From assembly GCF_963921235.1 (NCBI RefSeq), contig NC_086107.1, forward strand, positions 46,314,001-46,378,000: a stretch of DNA of 64,000 nucleotides. Reading direction: 5' to 3'. Both the position numbers and the translations under genes were made by a program. Below are positions 13,438-25,696 of this stretch, piece after piece. The stretch comes from Mobula hypostoma. Lineage: Eukaryota. Numbering within the stretch: the stretch's first letter is position 1; each line of letters opens with the position of its first letter. The notes under the pieces were generated by a model. The model was not told the origin of the DNA. It was given only the letters and a program-made list of their open reading frames with translations, and searched no databases.

Positions 13438-15945
13438 AAAGACAGTTCATCAAACCTTTATCAAAATGTTTTTCAGTTCATGGTTTTAGATTTAAAGTAA
13501 ATAATGATTTAAATAATTCAATTCTGTATATGTTGAAATTGTATGCCTTTACATATGCTGGTTTTGTTTTTATTCTGAAAGATTTCAAACTTTTATTAAT
13601 CAGTGCAGAAAAAAAATTGCTTTGTCATTTCATGTCTTTATTAAAATTTGTTATGGCAGTAGGATCAGCAACACTGCCTTACAACTGCAGCAACTGGGCT
13701 TATTTTCTTAACTTTAGGTGTTACCTGTTGGAGTTTGCATATTTTCCATAAGACAAATGTGTGTTTTCACTCATGCTCCAATAGCCCCCCATGAGCCAAG
13801 AAGGTTTTAGTTGCTAATGTAAATTAAACATTGTGTTGGTGAGTAGCAGAATTGGCGGGAAGGGGATGCACGATGGAAATGCAATAAGGAAAATCGGATT
13901 AGAATAGACTTGATGGTTGGCAGAAGAGTTTATTTGCATATGGTATGATCCTTGGCCCTAATCATTTTTACTAACATTCATTTGTTCTATCAATTGCTGG
14001 AAATGGTCAAGCACATGAACTGAAAGTGTGTAGGTAATGCTTGTTTAAAGTTATCAAATTCAACAGACTGCATCACATCACAAACTAAATCTCATTAGAT
14101 TTCTAAAATGAATTCAAAATAAGCATTGGATGTTCATTTGAAATATAAGGTGATCATTGAACAGTTAAAGTAGACAAATGTGCACTTTAGGTGCATCCCT
14201 GCACTTCCTATGCTGCATTCCCCACTAATGGTTAATTATTGTTGCTGAAGGCCAATACACCATGCAGTATGCACAAGCTCGGTGTATGGGAAGTGTGTTC
14301 TAAGTGATGCCTGTCAATCATCCACAGCAATGTATGAACCAGCACTAATTAGATTTCCTTTATAAATCAGCCCGAGGTCCAAAACCACCATTTTCAAGAA
14401 TGGCTACTTTCCTTCAATCATTCAGTTCTTAGCCAAAAGGGACAATACTGATCATTACAGTACACCAACACCATGACCACTTTGCCCAAAAATGCATTTA
14501 TTATTTTTTCTTATTGCATTTTTTGTAAAATGTGCATGATTATGTTTTTTTATGAATGTTGCTTATTTGATGCTATGTGCCTGTGACGCCTGTGCAGTAC
14601 GTTTTGCATTACACCAGTGCATACATATACTCATCCATATGACAACCAGCTTGACTTTTACGTTGAGAAGTATGGTGTTTGTTCCCAACTCCTTTCAGCA
14701 TTCAAGTAATAAGTATCCAAGATGAGCCAAAATAGTATAATAAGCCAAATCATTGAACTGTCACAGAATGCTTCCAGGGGTAGCAAAAGAAAATCAAATT
14801 TTATCTGCAATGTACAATTGAGAGGAGCAGGAGTACTAGTCTTGGATGTACAAATGAAACTTCATGCCAAATACCTTTCAGCCCTATATCCCTTTTGACA
14901 GTTACCTTGCCATCACACTTTTGTCCTTTGAAATGTAATATCATGTAATAAATTGATACAAATTAATTATTTTCATCTTCTATTACTGTTTTCCACATAC
15001 CCTTTTCTCTGGTTGACTACATTCCCTCCTGTTGTCCAGCTCAGTCACTCTTGTGCTGCCGCAGGCTGCTCTGCCCTCTGCACTGTACTAACTGGTCTGT
15101 TTCTGCCTGCACATAACATGCAGACGTCCACAATCTTTACCCGAGCCTGAACAGTGGCATTGAAATTTGAGAGCTGTGAGATCCCATATACATTGGCAAA
15201 GTGATGACAGTTGAAGCAGCACGGGCTCAGGAAGATATGCTGAAGATATCGCTTTAAGACATGCTGAAAACCCAGAACATAAAATTGATAAGGAAAAAAA
15301 AAATGCACTTCCCTATAACATTGTTGGAATTACCTTCTTCGTCTTTCTCTTCTTGCTTTCATCTGAAGAAAATGCAGGTGAAAGGAATCTCAATTACTGG
15401 TACTAAATGTACAACACAGCAGTAGCTACACAGAATATTATGTATCAATAATTCAAGGCCTTAACTATCAGTGGAAGCATATTCAGAGAAGGAAATTTTG
15501 TCATTTTGCGAGAGGATTTGCAGATGAATTTCATTCCCTCTTTCTACTATGAGCAGATTTTACGGCTGAACAACTCGTACTCACATCTCACACTCACACT
15601 CATTCTGGGGATTGTTACGATTAAGCACCTGTCCTTTGCAGTTAGGTGCCACTGTGAATAGTGCCCAAGCAGTATTTGCAGACAAAGTGATGGTGATGTT
15701 TTGATAGCCACAAATAAAACATGACCACCAGATCCAACTGGTAACAGGTTTGCTCCAGTGATGGGCAAGTGACCACCACCATCAATAGACCAAGCCTCCT
15801 GACATATGGATGTGTCAAGATGTCAACTAGGTAGATCCTCTGTGGGCTCTCTGGCTACCTCTGCCTCTTTCAAGTCTGTGATTATCAAGCTGTTTCTGGT
15901 GTTGTTTTTGGTCTTTCCATATCTTCTGCTTCTACTAGTGTGATA

Positions 15946-16234
15946 GTAAAGGCATCTGTTAGTCTTAAAGTCTTCACTCTCTAGGGCGCAGGCCTGGGAA
16001 AGGTTGTATGGAAGACCAGCAGTTGCCCATGCTGCAAGTCTCCCCTCTCCATGACACCAATGTTGTCCAAGGGAAAGGCATTAGGACCCATACAGCTTGG
16101 CACCAGTGTCGTCGCAGAGCAATGTGTGATTAAGTGCTTTGCTCAAGGACACCACACGTTCCCTTGGCTGGGGCTCGAACTCACGACCTTCAGGTCGCTA
16201 GTCCAATACCTTAACCACTTGGCCACGTGCCCAC
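15946..16234 (-). mobile_element. tRNA-derived SINE, same family as 2511-2815
   Basis: Reverse-complement similarity to 2511-2815; 25-bp TSD at 15921-15945 and 16235-16259 with 1 mismatch. Confidence 0.85.
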
Positions 16235-16869
16235 ATCTTCTGCTTCTACTAGTATGATAACTATTGGGATACTCGCATTATGTTGAAGGCACAAGCCTCT
16301 AAAGTGCAAATGATATCTCCAGTGCAACCTTTCAGCACTTTAGCACAGGTTGCTGTGAAATGACTGCACTGTTGTGACGAACTAATTGTGAGCAAGGAGC
16401 ATATCATGATGTCAGGTTCCCTCAGTTGCTACTATACTCCTTCCCATTATCAGCCTGTGTATGGATCCAACATAGGAAACCCAAGAACCCCAAGTTAAAA
16501 AAGAGAAACCCCAGTCCAAAATATAATGTGTAACCCAAGTTCACCTATAGGAATCAAAGTCTATATTCTACCCTGTATATTTTCATTGGTGTTTTCTTTT
16601 CTGTACAGGCTCCAACACATCCCTTATATCTCAGCGACCTTTGCTACATAAGAGAGTCAATGGTGACTCTGACCAGTGTTAATTCTTATGAAACTATAGA
16701 CTGCCCTAGTTTCCTTTTCAGAACATAGATTTGACAAGGAATGACATATGTTGAAACAGCAGTTTCTGAGAAGTCAAGGTGACTCTGTAGGACTGGAATC
16801 CATTGAGGCAGGAACTGTTATCATTATGCAGCTGCTACCTTTATAATAGTTCTTAAGTTCTGCAAATGA

Positions 16870-18780
16870 ACTGCCGGCATCAAAGTCCAAAGTTCAAAGG
16901 AAATTTATTATCAAAGTGCATATATGTCATCATATACAACACTGAGATTCATTTACTTGTAGGTATTTACAATAAATAAAAGAAATAATAGAATTAATGA
17001 GAGGCTGACTCCAATAGGATGGACAACAACCAATGTGCAAAACACAACAAACTGTGCAAATAGGAGAAAAAAATGAAAAATAAACAAATATCGAGAAAAT
17101 GAATTGCAGAGCCCTTGAAAATGAATCCATTGGTTATGGAAACAGTTCAGTGATGGGACGAGTGAAATTGAGTTAAGTTATCTCCTCTGGTTCAAGAGCC
17201 TGAGGCAGAGGGGTAGTAACTGCTCCTGAACCTGACGGCGTGAGTCCTGAGGCTCCTGTAGCTTCTAGCTGACAGCAGTAGTGAGAAGAGAGCATAGCCA
17301 GGATGACAGGGGTCCTTGATGCTGGATGCTGCTTTCCTGTGACAGCACTCCATGTAGATGTGCTCAGTGGTGGAGAGGGCTTTACCTGTGATGAACTGGG
17401 TTGTATCCACTACGTTTTGAAAGCATTTCCATTCAAGGGCATTGGTGTTTCCATACCAGGCCATGATGCAACCAGAAGCTTCTCAAAGATTTGGATGACA
17501 TGCCGAATCCTACCAATTTGCATGTGAGATGACTTTGCGGAAATTGTATTAGGATGACCTGTATATTACTTGGTCGCCAGACCTGAATGCCATTAGCCTG
17601 GCCCTCAGCAGACTGCAGGTCCCATGGTTCATCCAGGGCTTTTTATTGAGGAAGACACTGAATTATTTTGTGGGGATGTGCAAATCTACGACTGCTTTTA
17701 TACAGTTGTTGATAATCATGTTGTATTCATCCAGGTCCTCTGAAGAGTCCCTGACACCACTCGGTTCACAGACTCAAAGCAATTCCATCGCTGCTCCTCT
17801 ACATCTGATGAGCACCTCTTTGTTGTCCTTGCTTCTGGAGCCTTGCTCTTTAGCCTCTGCCTGCATACAGGTAGGAGGAGGACAGACAAGTTATCAGATT
17901 TTCAGAAATGTACTATAGGCTTGGAATGGTAGGTATTCCTAATGATAGTATAGCAGTGGTCAACTGTGCTGGTACTCCTGGTGCTGCAAGTGATATGTTG
18001 ATGATAATTGGGCAGAGATATTTTCATACAAGCCTGATTCAAGTCCCTGACAATGATTTGAAAGGCGTCGGGGTAGACTGTTTCTTGTTTACTGCCTTTG
18101 TTGGTATGTAAGCAGTGATCAGGATCACAAATTACTCTTGGCGATTAGAATGATGGACACATAATCATTAGATGTTCAGGTCAGGGGAACAAGATCATGA
18201 CAAGAACACTACGTCCAAGCACCATAAGGAGTTTATCATGAAACATAGTTTCCCAGCTTTTGCCTTCTCTGGATCAGCAGTCTGGTCTATCCAGTGTATC
18301 AAGAAGCCCTTGGATCTTACTCTGCTGTGTTCAGAGTAAGCCAAGTTTCCATGAAACAGGAACATAGCAATTCCTCACTTCCCTCCAACAGAGCAATTTT
18401 TCCCTCAGTCTTGTTCTCCAGCCAATATTTCCTAACAGGATACTGGGTAGAGGAGGTTTCATGCCCTGGCCTTTTAGTCTGGCTTGGCATCCTCCTCTCC
18501 TTCCTTTTTGGCCATGGCAATGTATTTTCATTCACTTAAAGGCGCCACTAATCATGAAAATTGTGGGGTTCTTCTTCACTTCTTATTTAACTTGCTTCAT
18601 TGCATGATAACTACCAGTTTTGGACCCTCTAAGCTGATGCAGAGAACTGATAAAGGGTTGGCACAACTTACACTGTGACTGACCAAGCTTGCAGCAAGGA
18701 TATTAAGCAGCAACTGGAACTGGGACATCTGCCAAGTTGGGTGTCACTCCGAAAAAGACCAGACAGTGTCATCATGCAGT
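16870..18780 (-). mobile_element. Rex/Babar-like LINE fragments (3' end and endonuclease region)
   Basis: AWYGNTNA...KDPCHPGYALFSLL motifs and endonuclease-type CFMETWLT. Confidence 0.65.
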
Positions 18781-19149
18781 GGTCAAGGCAAAACTGGAGT
18801 CAGGCATTGGACACCATCTGCATGATATTTGAAAACTCCCCATAAGATTACTTATCCTGTGAAGAAATGAAACCTTGAATACAACTTTGAAAACACTACA
18901 TCAGTGGATGCGGTGTTTATTTAGACTTACAGATTGCTTTTGATAGGGTTCCAATCAAGTATGTGCAAAATATGGGGTTGGGGATAATTTACCAGCATTC
19001 TTACAGAAATGACTGTCAGATAGGAAATAAAGGGTAGCATATGCAAGTTCATTTCTAAGTTATAGGTGGTGACTAGTGGAAAACCACAGAAATCTGTGCT
19101 GAGACCTCAGCTATTTTGCATATACATTCGGTGACCTCTGCAGCTAATA

Positions 19150-19663
19150 AAGAGGCCATTGTGTGTATGCAAGTGATCTTCTGCTGTTGTAGTGCCATCT
19201 ATTTCAGGGCTCAATGTGGTGTGTGTTCTGAGGCACCATTCTGCACACCATCGTTGTAATGCATGGTTATTTGAGTTACTGTCCTCCTCTTGTTAGGTTG
19301 AACTAGTCTGGCCATTCTCCTAACACCTCCCTCATTAACAAGGTGCTTTCGCCCAGAGACTCGCTGGATGTTGTGTTTCTTTTTCGTCTTTCGCACCATT
19401 CTCTGTAAACTGATGTGCGTGAAAATTGGAGGACATCAGAGGTAGTCAGACCACTCTGGCGGACACCAACAATCATTCCGCAGTCAAAGTCACTTTGATC
19501 ACATTTCTTCTTCATTCTGATGTTTGGTCTGAACGGTAACTGAACCTCCTGACTATGTCTGCAGGCTTTTATCTTTTGAGTTACTGCCACATGATCGGCC
19601 GATTAGATATTTCTGCTAACAATGTATGTGTGTAGGTGTAGCTAATAAACTGGCCATTGAGTG
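19150..19663 (-). mobile_element. Tc1-like DNA transposon deletion derivative
   Basis: SDFDCGMIVGVRQSG and RRMARLVQ...VTQIT HTH-region remnants; TIR-like AATAAACTGGCCATTGAGTGTA. Confidence 0.75.
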
Positions 19664-19669
19664 TATATT

Positions 19670-20500
19670 TAAACTTTAGATAAGGGACTAAATGTAATAT
19701 CTCCAAATCTGCAAACAACTCAATGATGGATGTGACTGTGAGTTGTGAGGAGGATGCAGATAAGCTGGTGTGTGGAAGCTTCTTAGGTGGTGAAAACAAG
19801 GAAGACAGATTATCTTAACAATAGATTCAGGAGGAAGGTGAAGTCTGGGTAGTGTGGTTGGACAGGAGCATAAAATGCCCCTTGTGTATCCTTCTGCAAC
19901 AATTGATAAAAGTAAGTATGCAAGTGCAGCAGGCAGTTAAGCAAGCAAATACTATGTTGATCTGTATGGCAGCGGGGTTTGAGGTCAAGGATGTTTTACT
20001 GTAATTGAACGGTGGAATGGTGGGGCCACACCTTGAATAGTGGGTGCTGCTTTAGTCTTCTTACCTGAAGAAGAACGTTCTTGCTATAGAAGGATTTGGT
20101 TGAAGAATAATCAGACTGATTCCTCAGGTACCAGGACCAACGTGTGAAGACAGCTTGAGACAGCTGAGCTTATAACCACTAGTTTAGAATGAGCAGAGAA
20201 CTCATTCAAACTTACAAAATCCTGATAGGAATGAGAGTGTTCCTGATTACGAGGAAGGCCACAGTGAGAGCTTAGGGTGCAAAGTCATGGGGGTGCCATT
20301 TTGGACTGGTTTGAAACGATTTCTTCACCCAAAGGGATGTGAGCCCATGAAATTCTCAACTACAGAAGACAGTGGAGCACAATCCTCAAATGCATTTAAG
20401 AAGTATATTTGAATAACAAAGTCAAGGTATATGGGGAAAACAAAAAGCAGAGTACTGGAGTTGGATGATCAGCTGTGATTATGTTGAATAGTGAAACATG
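19670..20500 (+). mobile_element. Old CR1 LINE fragment
   Basis: Degraded CR1 ORF2 C-terminal similarity (VQQAVKQANTML, PHLE). Confidence 0.55.
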
Positions 20501-21518
20501 CTTAAAGGGCTAACTGGCCTTCTCTTATTGCCAATGCTTCCATGTTTCACTCTTGATATCAACTACATTTTATACTTGGTCTGGAGAAAATTGTTCCAAG
20601 TTCGAAGTAAATTTATTATCAAAGATCCTATACATCACCATATACCACTCTGAAATCCATTTCCTTGCAGGCAAAGAAATACAATATTATCAATGAAGAA
20701 CTACACACAAAGTCTGACAAACAACCAATGAGCAAAAGAAGACAAACTCTGCAAATACAAAGTAATAACAACAATATTGGTCAGCATCAGTTCTCCATGT
20801 TAGGGATGGCTGAAACTAAAACCTGGCTGTAGGTATAAAAGGCTATACCCTTTCACTTTAGAACTGGAGAGATGTTTACTGAATTGAATAATACAGGCGT
20901 TGCCTGGTGATTGCTAGGGCATGTCAGGAGCCAGCACTGGGCGTGGCAGTAAGTAAACTGCTGAATAGGTGGGTAGGTGCTGGGAAACTGAAAAAGACAC
21001 AACTAAAGTAGGCAACCAACACCACAGGCTGCAAATGCTGCAGGCATTTCTCAGGGGAGTTGTCCACTTAAAACTAAGACCACTCAAGCAGATAAGAGAA
21101 GAAAGACATTCAGGAAATGTTCATTAGAAGTAAACCCATTCAAAATGTGCATATATTATTGAGTAATGGAACTTATCTCAATTCTGAGAGTTTGTATGTT
21201 CTCCCCATGACTGTAAGGGTTTTCTCTGGGTGCTCCAGTTTCCTTCCACAGTCCAAAGGCATATCGATTGGTAGGTTAATTGGTTATTTTAAATTGGCCA
21301 TAATTATGCCAGGATTAAATTGGGGGATTGCTGGGCAATATGGCACAAGGGTCAGAAGGGCCTATTCCACACTGTATCTGGATAAACAATAAATAAATAT
21401 TGAAGCAAATAAAATATGAAGTAACAAGAAAGAAACTAACCTAAAGACCACAACAATGCTATACAAGAAAATAATGAAGATGTCACGCTTGCCCCCAGAG
21501 CATTGGTGAAAATAGAAA

Positions 21519-21850
21519 TACGAGGGGTGATTGATAAGTTTGTGGCCTAAGGTAGAAGGAGTCAATTTCAGAAAACCTAGCACATTTATTTTTCAACATA
21601 GTCCCCTCCTACATGTACACATTTAGTCCAGCAGTCGTGGACCATACAGATCCCTTCTTTGTAGAAGTTGGCATCTTGGACCTCCAGAAAGTGGTCCACA
21701 GCAGTGGTGATTGATAAGTTTGTGGCCTAAGGTAGAAGGAGATGAGTTATTAACTTCAAACTTTTTGCATAATCACTCAAAGAGTTGAACTGCACGTGCA
21801 TGTAACGAGAGCTGTATAATTCATCTCCTGACCCAACAGAAAGACCCTCC
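21519..21850 (+). mobile_element. Mariner-type non-autonomous element remnant
   Basis: Begins TACGAGGGGTGATTGATAAGTTTG (mariner-like TIR after TA), with an internal direct repeat of the TIR region near 21705. Confidence 0.55.
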
Positions 21851-23256
21851 ATACCAAAACAAAACATGTCATCAAAATTTGCAAAAATTGTTAATATTCT
21901 CAATAATATTATATTACCACAGTATCTAGGAAAACATGAGACATTTGAAGAACTACACACAATAACATACTGTTCAGCATTAACAGCAGTGCAGTGCAGT
22001 GACTCCAGAGTACAGACACTCATTAATAGAACCCCAAACTGAGTAATGAACTAAGAACACTAAAAATAGCAGAAGAAATTTAAAAAACAAAATTGAAATC
22101 TTAAGAGCAGAAATAACCTGCCTAATGGAGTATATAATGGATAACCCAAGCAAGAAAGTTTAGAGAAAAGCTAAGGAAATACTAAGGAAAATAAGATTCA
22201 TACAAGCAGTTCCCCTTTAAGAAAACAGATACGGGAATGGCACCCCGGTCAACCTAACAAAAACATTGTAGAATTTATAGATAAATGAAAATAAGTGCTA
22301 ATGCATACAACGCCAGACTAAATGGATACATGAAATATTCCAGATGAAGAAAATGAATTATCAGTTCAGGAACAATGAAAAAGGTTTATACAGGACATTG
22401 AAACTAAATTCATTGTGCCAGAATGTCACCAACCCTAGAGTATTACCAACAAACACAGCAATAATGAAATTTTGGTCTAACGTCTGAACAACCTGGGCAA
22501 CACACAATCCAGAAACAAGTTGGATTATGGAGGAAAAAGAAGACACTCACACTCAGATGTCCAAAACCTGAAGTTACAATGGATATGCTAAAAGCGGTTT
22601 TAAAAGATACCCACAACTGGGAAAGCACCAGCACTGCAAATATTCATAATTATTGGTATAAAAATACTTGCCTACATCTGTACCTATTAATACATATAAG
22701 CAATTTTCTTAAAAATCTTGAAAAAGTGCCAGAATTTTTGACAGAAGGTAAAACATATCTCTTATCTAAAGGAGAAATCACAAATGACCCATCAACACAT
22801 AGCCCTATTACTTGTTTACAAACTATATATAATACTGTAACACCATGCATCTTGCAATCAATCACCATTCACACAGATAACCACAAAATACTTACAGTAG
22901 AGCAGAAAGGATGCTGTAAGGGTGTGAAAGGATGTAAAGAACACCTGTTCATTACAAACACCCTTTCAGACTAATGCTTCTTGTGTGACACAGGTGCTCA
23001 AGTGAGTGTGCTGCCAGCTTCACCTATTGATTAGAAGACAATGAGTGATAAAACCTCGCTGGAGGCCGCCAACAGCAGCAGGATCCAGACTTACGGGACA
23101 TGATGTGTGACACTCTGCTTCAGCGGGCGATGTTATGCATGGGACTTCATCCTGGCTAAAGTGGCTAGACCTCTGCTTAGCGCAGATTTCCTGTGTGCAC
23201 AAAGACTGCTGGCTGATTTTAAGAACTGCTGACTTGTGGATCTCAAGGACCATGTA

Positions 23257-23540
23257 ACATATAACCATATAACAATTACAGCACGGAAACAGGCCATCTC
23301 GGCCCTTCTAGTCCTTGCCGAACTCTTACTCTCACCTAGTCCCACCGACCTGCTCTCAGCCCATAACCCTCCATTCCTTTCCCGTTTATATAGCTATCCA
23401 ATTTAACTTTAAATGACAACATCGAACCTGCCTCAACCACTTCTGCTGGAAGTTCGTTCCACACAGCCACCACTCTCTGAGTAAAGAAGTTCCCCCTCAT
23501 GTTACCCCTAAACTTTTGCCCTTTAACTCTCAACTCATGG
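23257..23540 (-). mobile_element. CR1 3' end inserted in the Gypsy element
   Basis: VKGQKFRGNMRGNFFTQRVVAVWNELP; nearly identical to 54890-55170. Confidence 0.85.
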
Positions 23541-25202
23541 ACTTTGGGTCGTTACTCTGCTCTCCCGGTAAGTTCCCCACAACGATTCTTCCAAGTGCAT
23601 GCACCACCAAATATGAGATCATTCAACTGCTAGCCGAATTCCTGAACCTCACCAGGCCCACATTCTCAGGTATAGTTACAAAACATGGGGTCAAGTACCA
23701 CATTTCCACAACTGCTCCATCGATCCATGCCCAGGTGTGTCAACTGGACTCGGAAAAGCTGACCAACATGAAGGCTGAGTTTGCCAATGTGGAAAGACTT
23801 GGGATTGTATGCAGTCTTCACCCCTCCACATAATCCTAAAGCCCGATGGTGGTTGCCGCCCATGTGGCAATTACCAACACCTTAATGAGGCCACCACCCC
23901 CAATCACCCCCGCTAGCCAGTCCCACTCATCCAAGACTTTTTGGCATGTTTATCCAGAAAATTATTTTTTTCTGAAGTTGAGTTAGTTAGGGGCTACCAT
24001 CAGGTGTTCGGAGGACATTCCCAAAATGGCTATGATAATCCTGTTTGGCCCCTTTGAGATTCTGCACATGCCATTTGAGCTGAAAAATGCAGCAGAAACT
24101 TTCCAATGGCTGATGGACTCTATTAAAAGACTTAGATTTTCCTTTTGTTTACTTGGATTACATACTTGTCGCCAGTGCATCTGAATCCGAACGCATAGCT
24201 CATCTCCGCATACTTTTAGAGTACTTAAGGCAACACAGGTTGATTATCAATCCTACTAAACGCCAGTCTGGGTTTTCAACCATTGGCTTTCTCAGCCATC
24301 GCATCTCCACAAAAGGTGTGAAACCCCTCCCATCCAAAGTCATTGCTATTATGGATTTCCCACCGTTCTGCACTGCTAAGAAACTACAAGAGTTCTTAGC
24401 CATGGTGAATTTCTATCACTGGTTTATTCCGCAACCTGCTGAACCTATGCGAGTCTTGTATAGTTCCCTTAACGGCAATACCCCTAATCACGTGGTTGAC
24501 TGGTCAGTGGACATGACCAGAGCATTTGATGATAGCAAACAAGCTCTTTCCAATGTGACCTGACCAGCACACCTGCTCTCCAATGCACCTATAGCCATTA
24601 CTATTGATGCTTCAGAGCATCCTGTGCATGAACAATTGGTCGGAGGCATGTGGCAGCCGCTCACCTTCTTCAGCCGGCAGCTCTGTCCCCCTGGAAGGAA
24701 GTACAGCAAGTTTGACCATAAGCGTTTCAGTCTCTACCTAGCTGTTCACTATTTTTGTATTTTACTAGAGGGTTTCCATTTCACAGCGTTCGTTGACCAC
24801 AAACACCTTGTGCATGTGTTGGCCAAAATATCAGACCTCCTTGCCTCCATATCGGAGTTCAAATCTAACCTACAACATATCAAGGGGAGAAATAATGCCG
24901 AGGCTGATTGCCTTTCACGGCCAGCGTTGAGGCCATACACACAGGGGTTGACTATGCCAGCATGGCAGCCAATCCAGTGGTCCAGACTTACTGAACAGCA
25001 GGCACGGGCCTGTGGTTGGCTGGCATTAAGTTCGGGGAAGTTGGGGATTCTGTCCTGTGCGATGTCTCAACCAGTTGCCCTTGCCCCATAGTGTCCACAA
25101 TTTGGAGATGTACTGTTTTTAACTCCATTCATAGCATCTTGCATCCAGGCTGGAAGGCCGCACAAAAACTGGTTGCACAAAAGTTAGTGTGGCATAGCCT
25201 TA

Positions 25203-25696
25203 AGGCTGATTTATACTACTGCGTCAAATCGACGCCGTAGGTACGGTGTAGCCGCAAACCCTACGTAGTGCCAACACGGATCCCTACGCCGTAGCCTGAC
25301 GCGCACCTCTCCCAAAATGTAACTACACGTCGATGCAACGCAGACCGCAACAACTGTGATTGGTCCGCTTGGTAGTATTGCATTTCCTCCTATGCTGCAA
25401 TAGCTTCCCATTGGCCGACTGAAGGGCAGGGAAGGAACTCAGGCTGACAGACCTCCAAAATTATGGAGAACACATTTCACTTTTACGAAAAAAGACGCTC
25501 GCTTTAAACTTGTTTACCCCGAGAAAGACTACCATGACCATGAAGCCTTGCACGGGCAGGTGTGTGTGCCTGCGCGATGTGCGCAAATTGCAGAGCAAGG
25601 CAGACACACCAACGCACAATTATAAATGCTCACAACAGCATAGCCCACTTGCGTAGGCTATGGCGTACGCTGGTACACACGAGTATAAATCAGCCT
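25203..25696. mobile_element. PIF/Harbinger-type MITE
   Basis: Perfect 15-bp TIR AGGCTGATTTATACT and TTA TSD (25200-25202, 25697-25699); removal restores the Gypsy frame VWHSLRKDVCDW. Confidence 0.9.
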
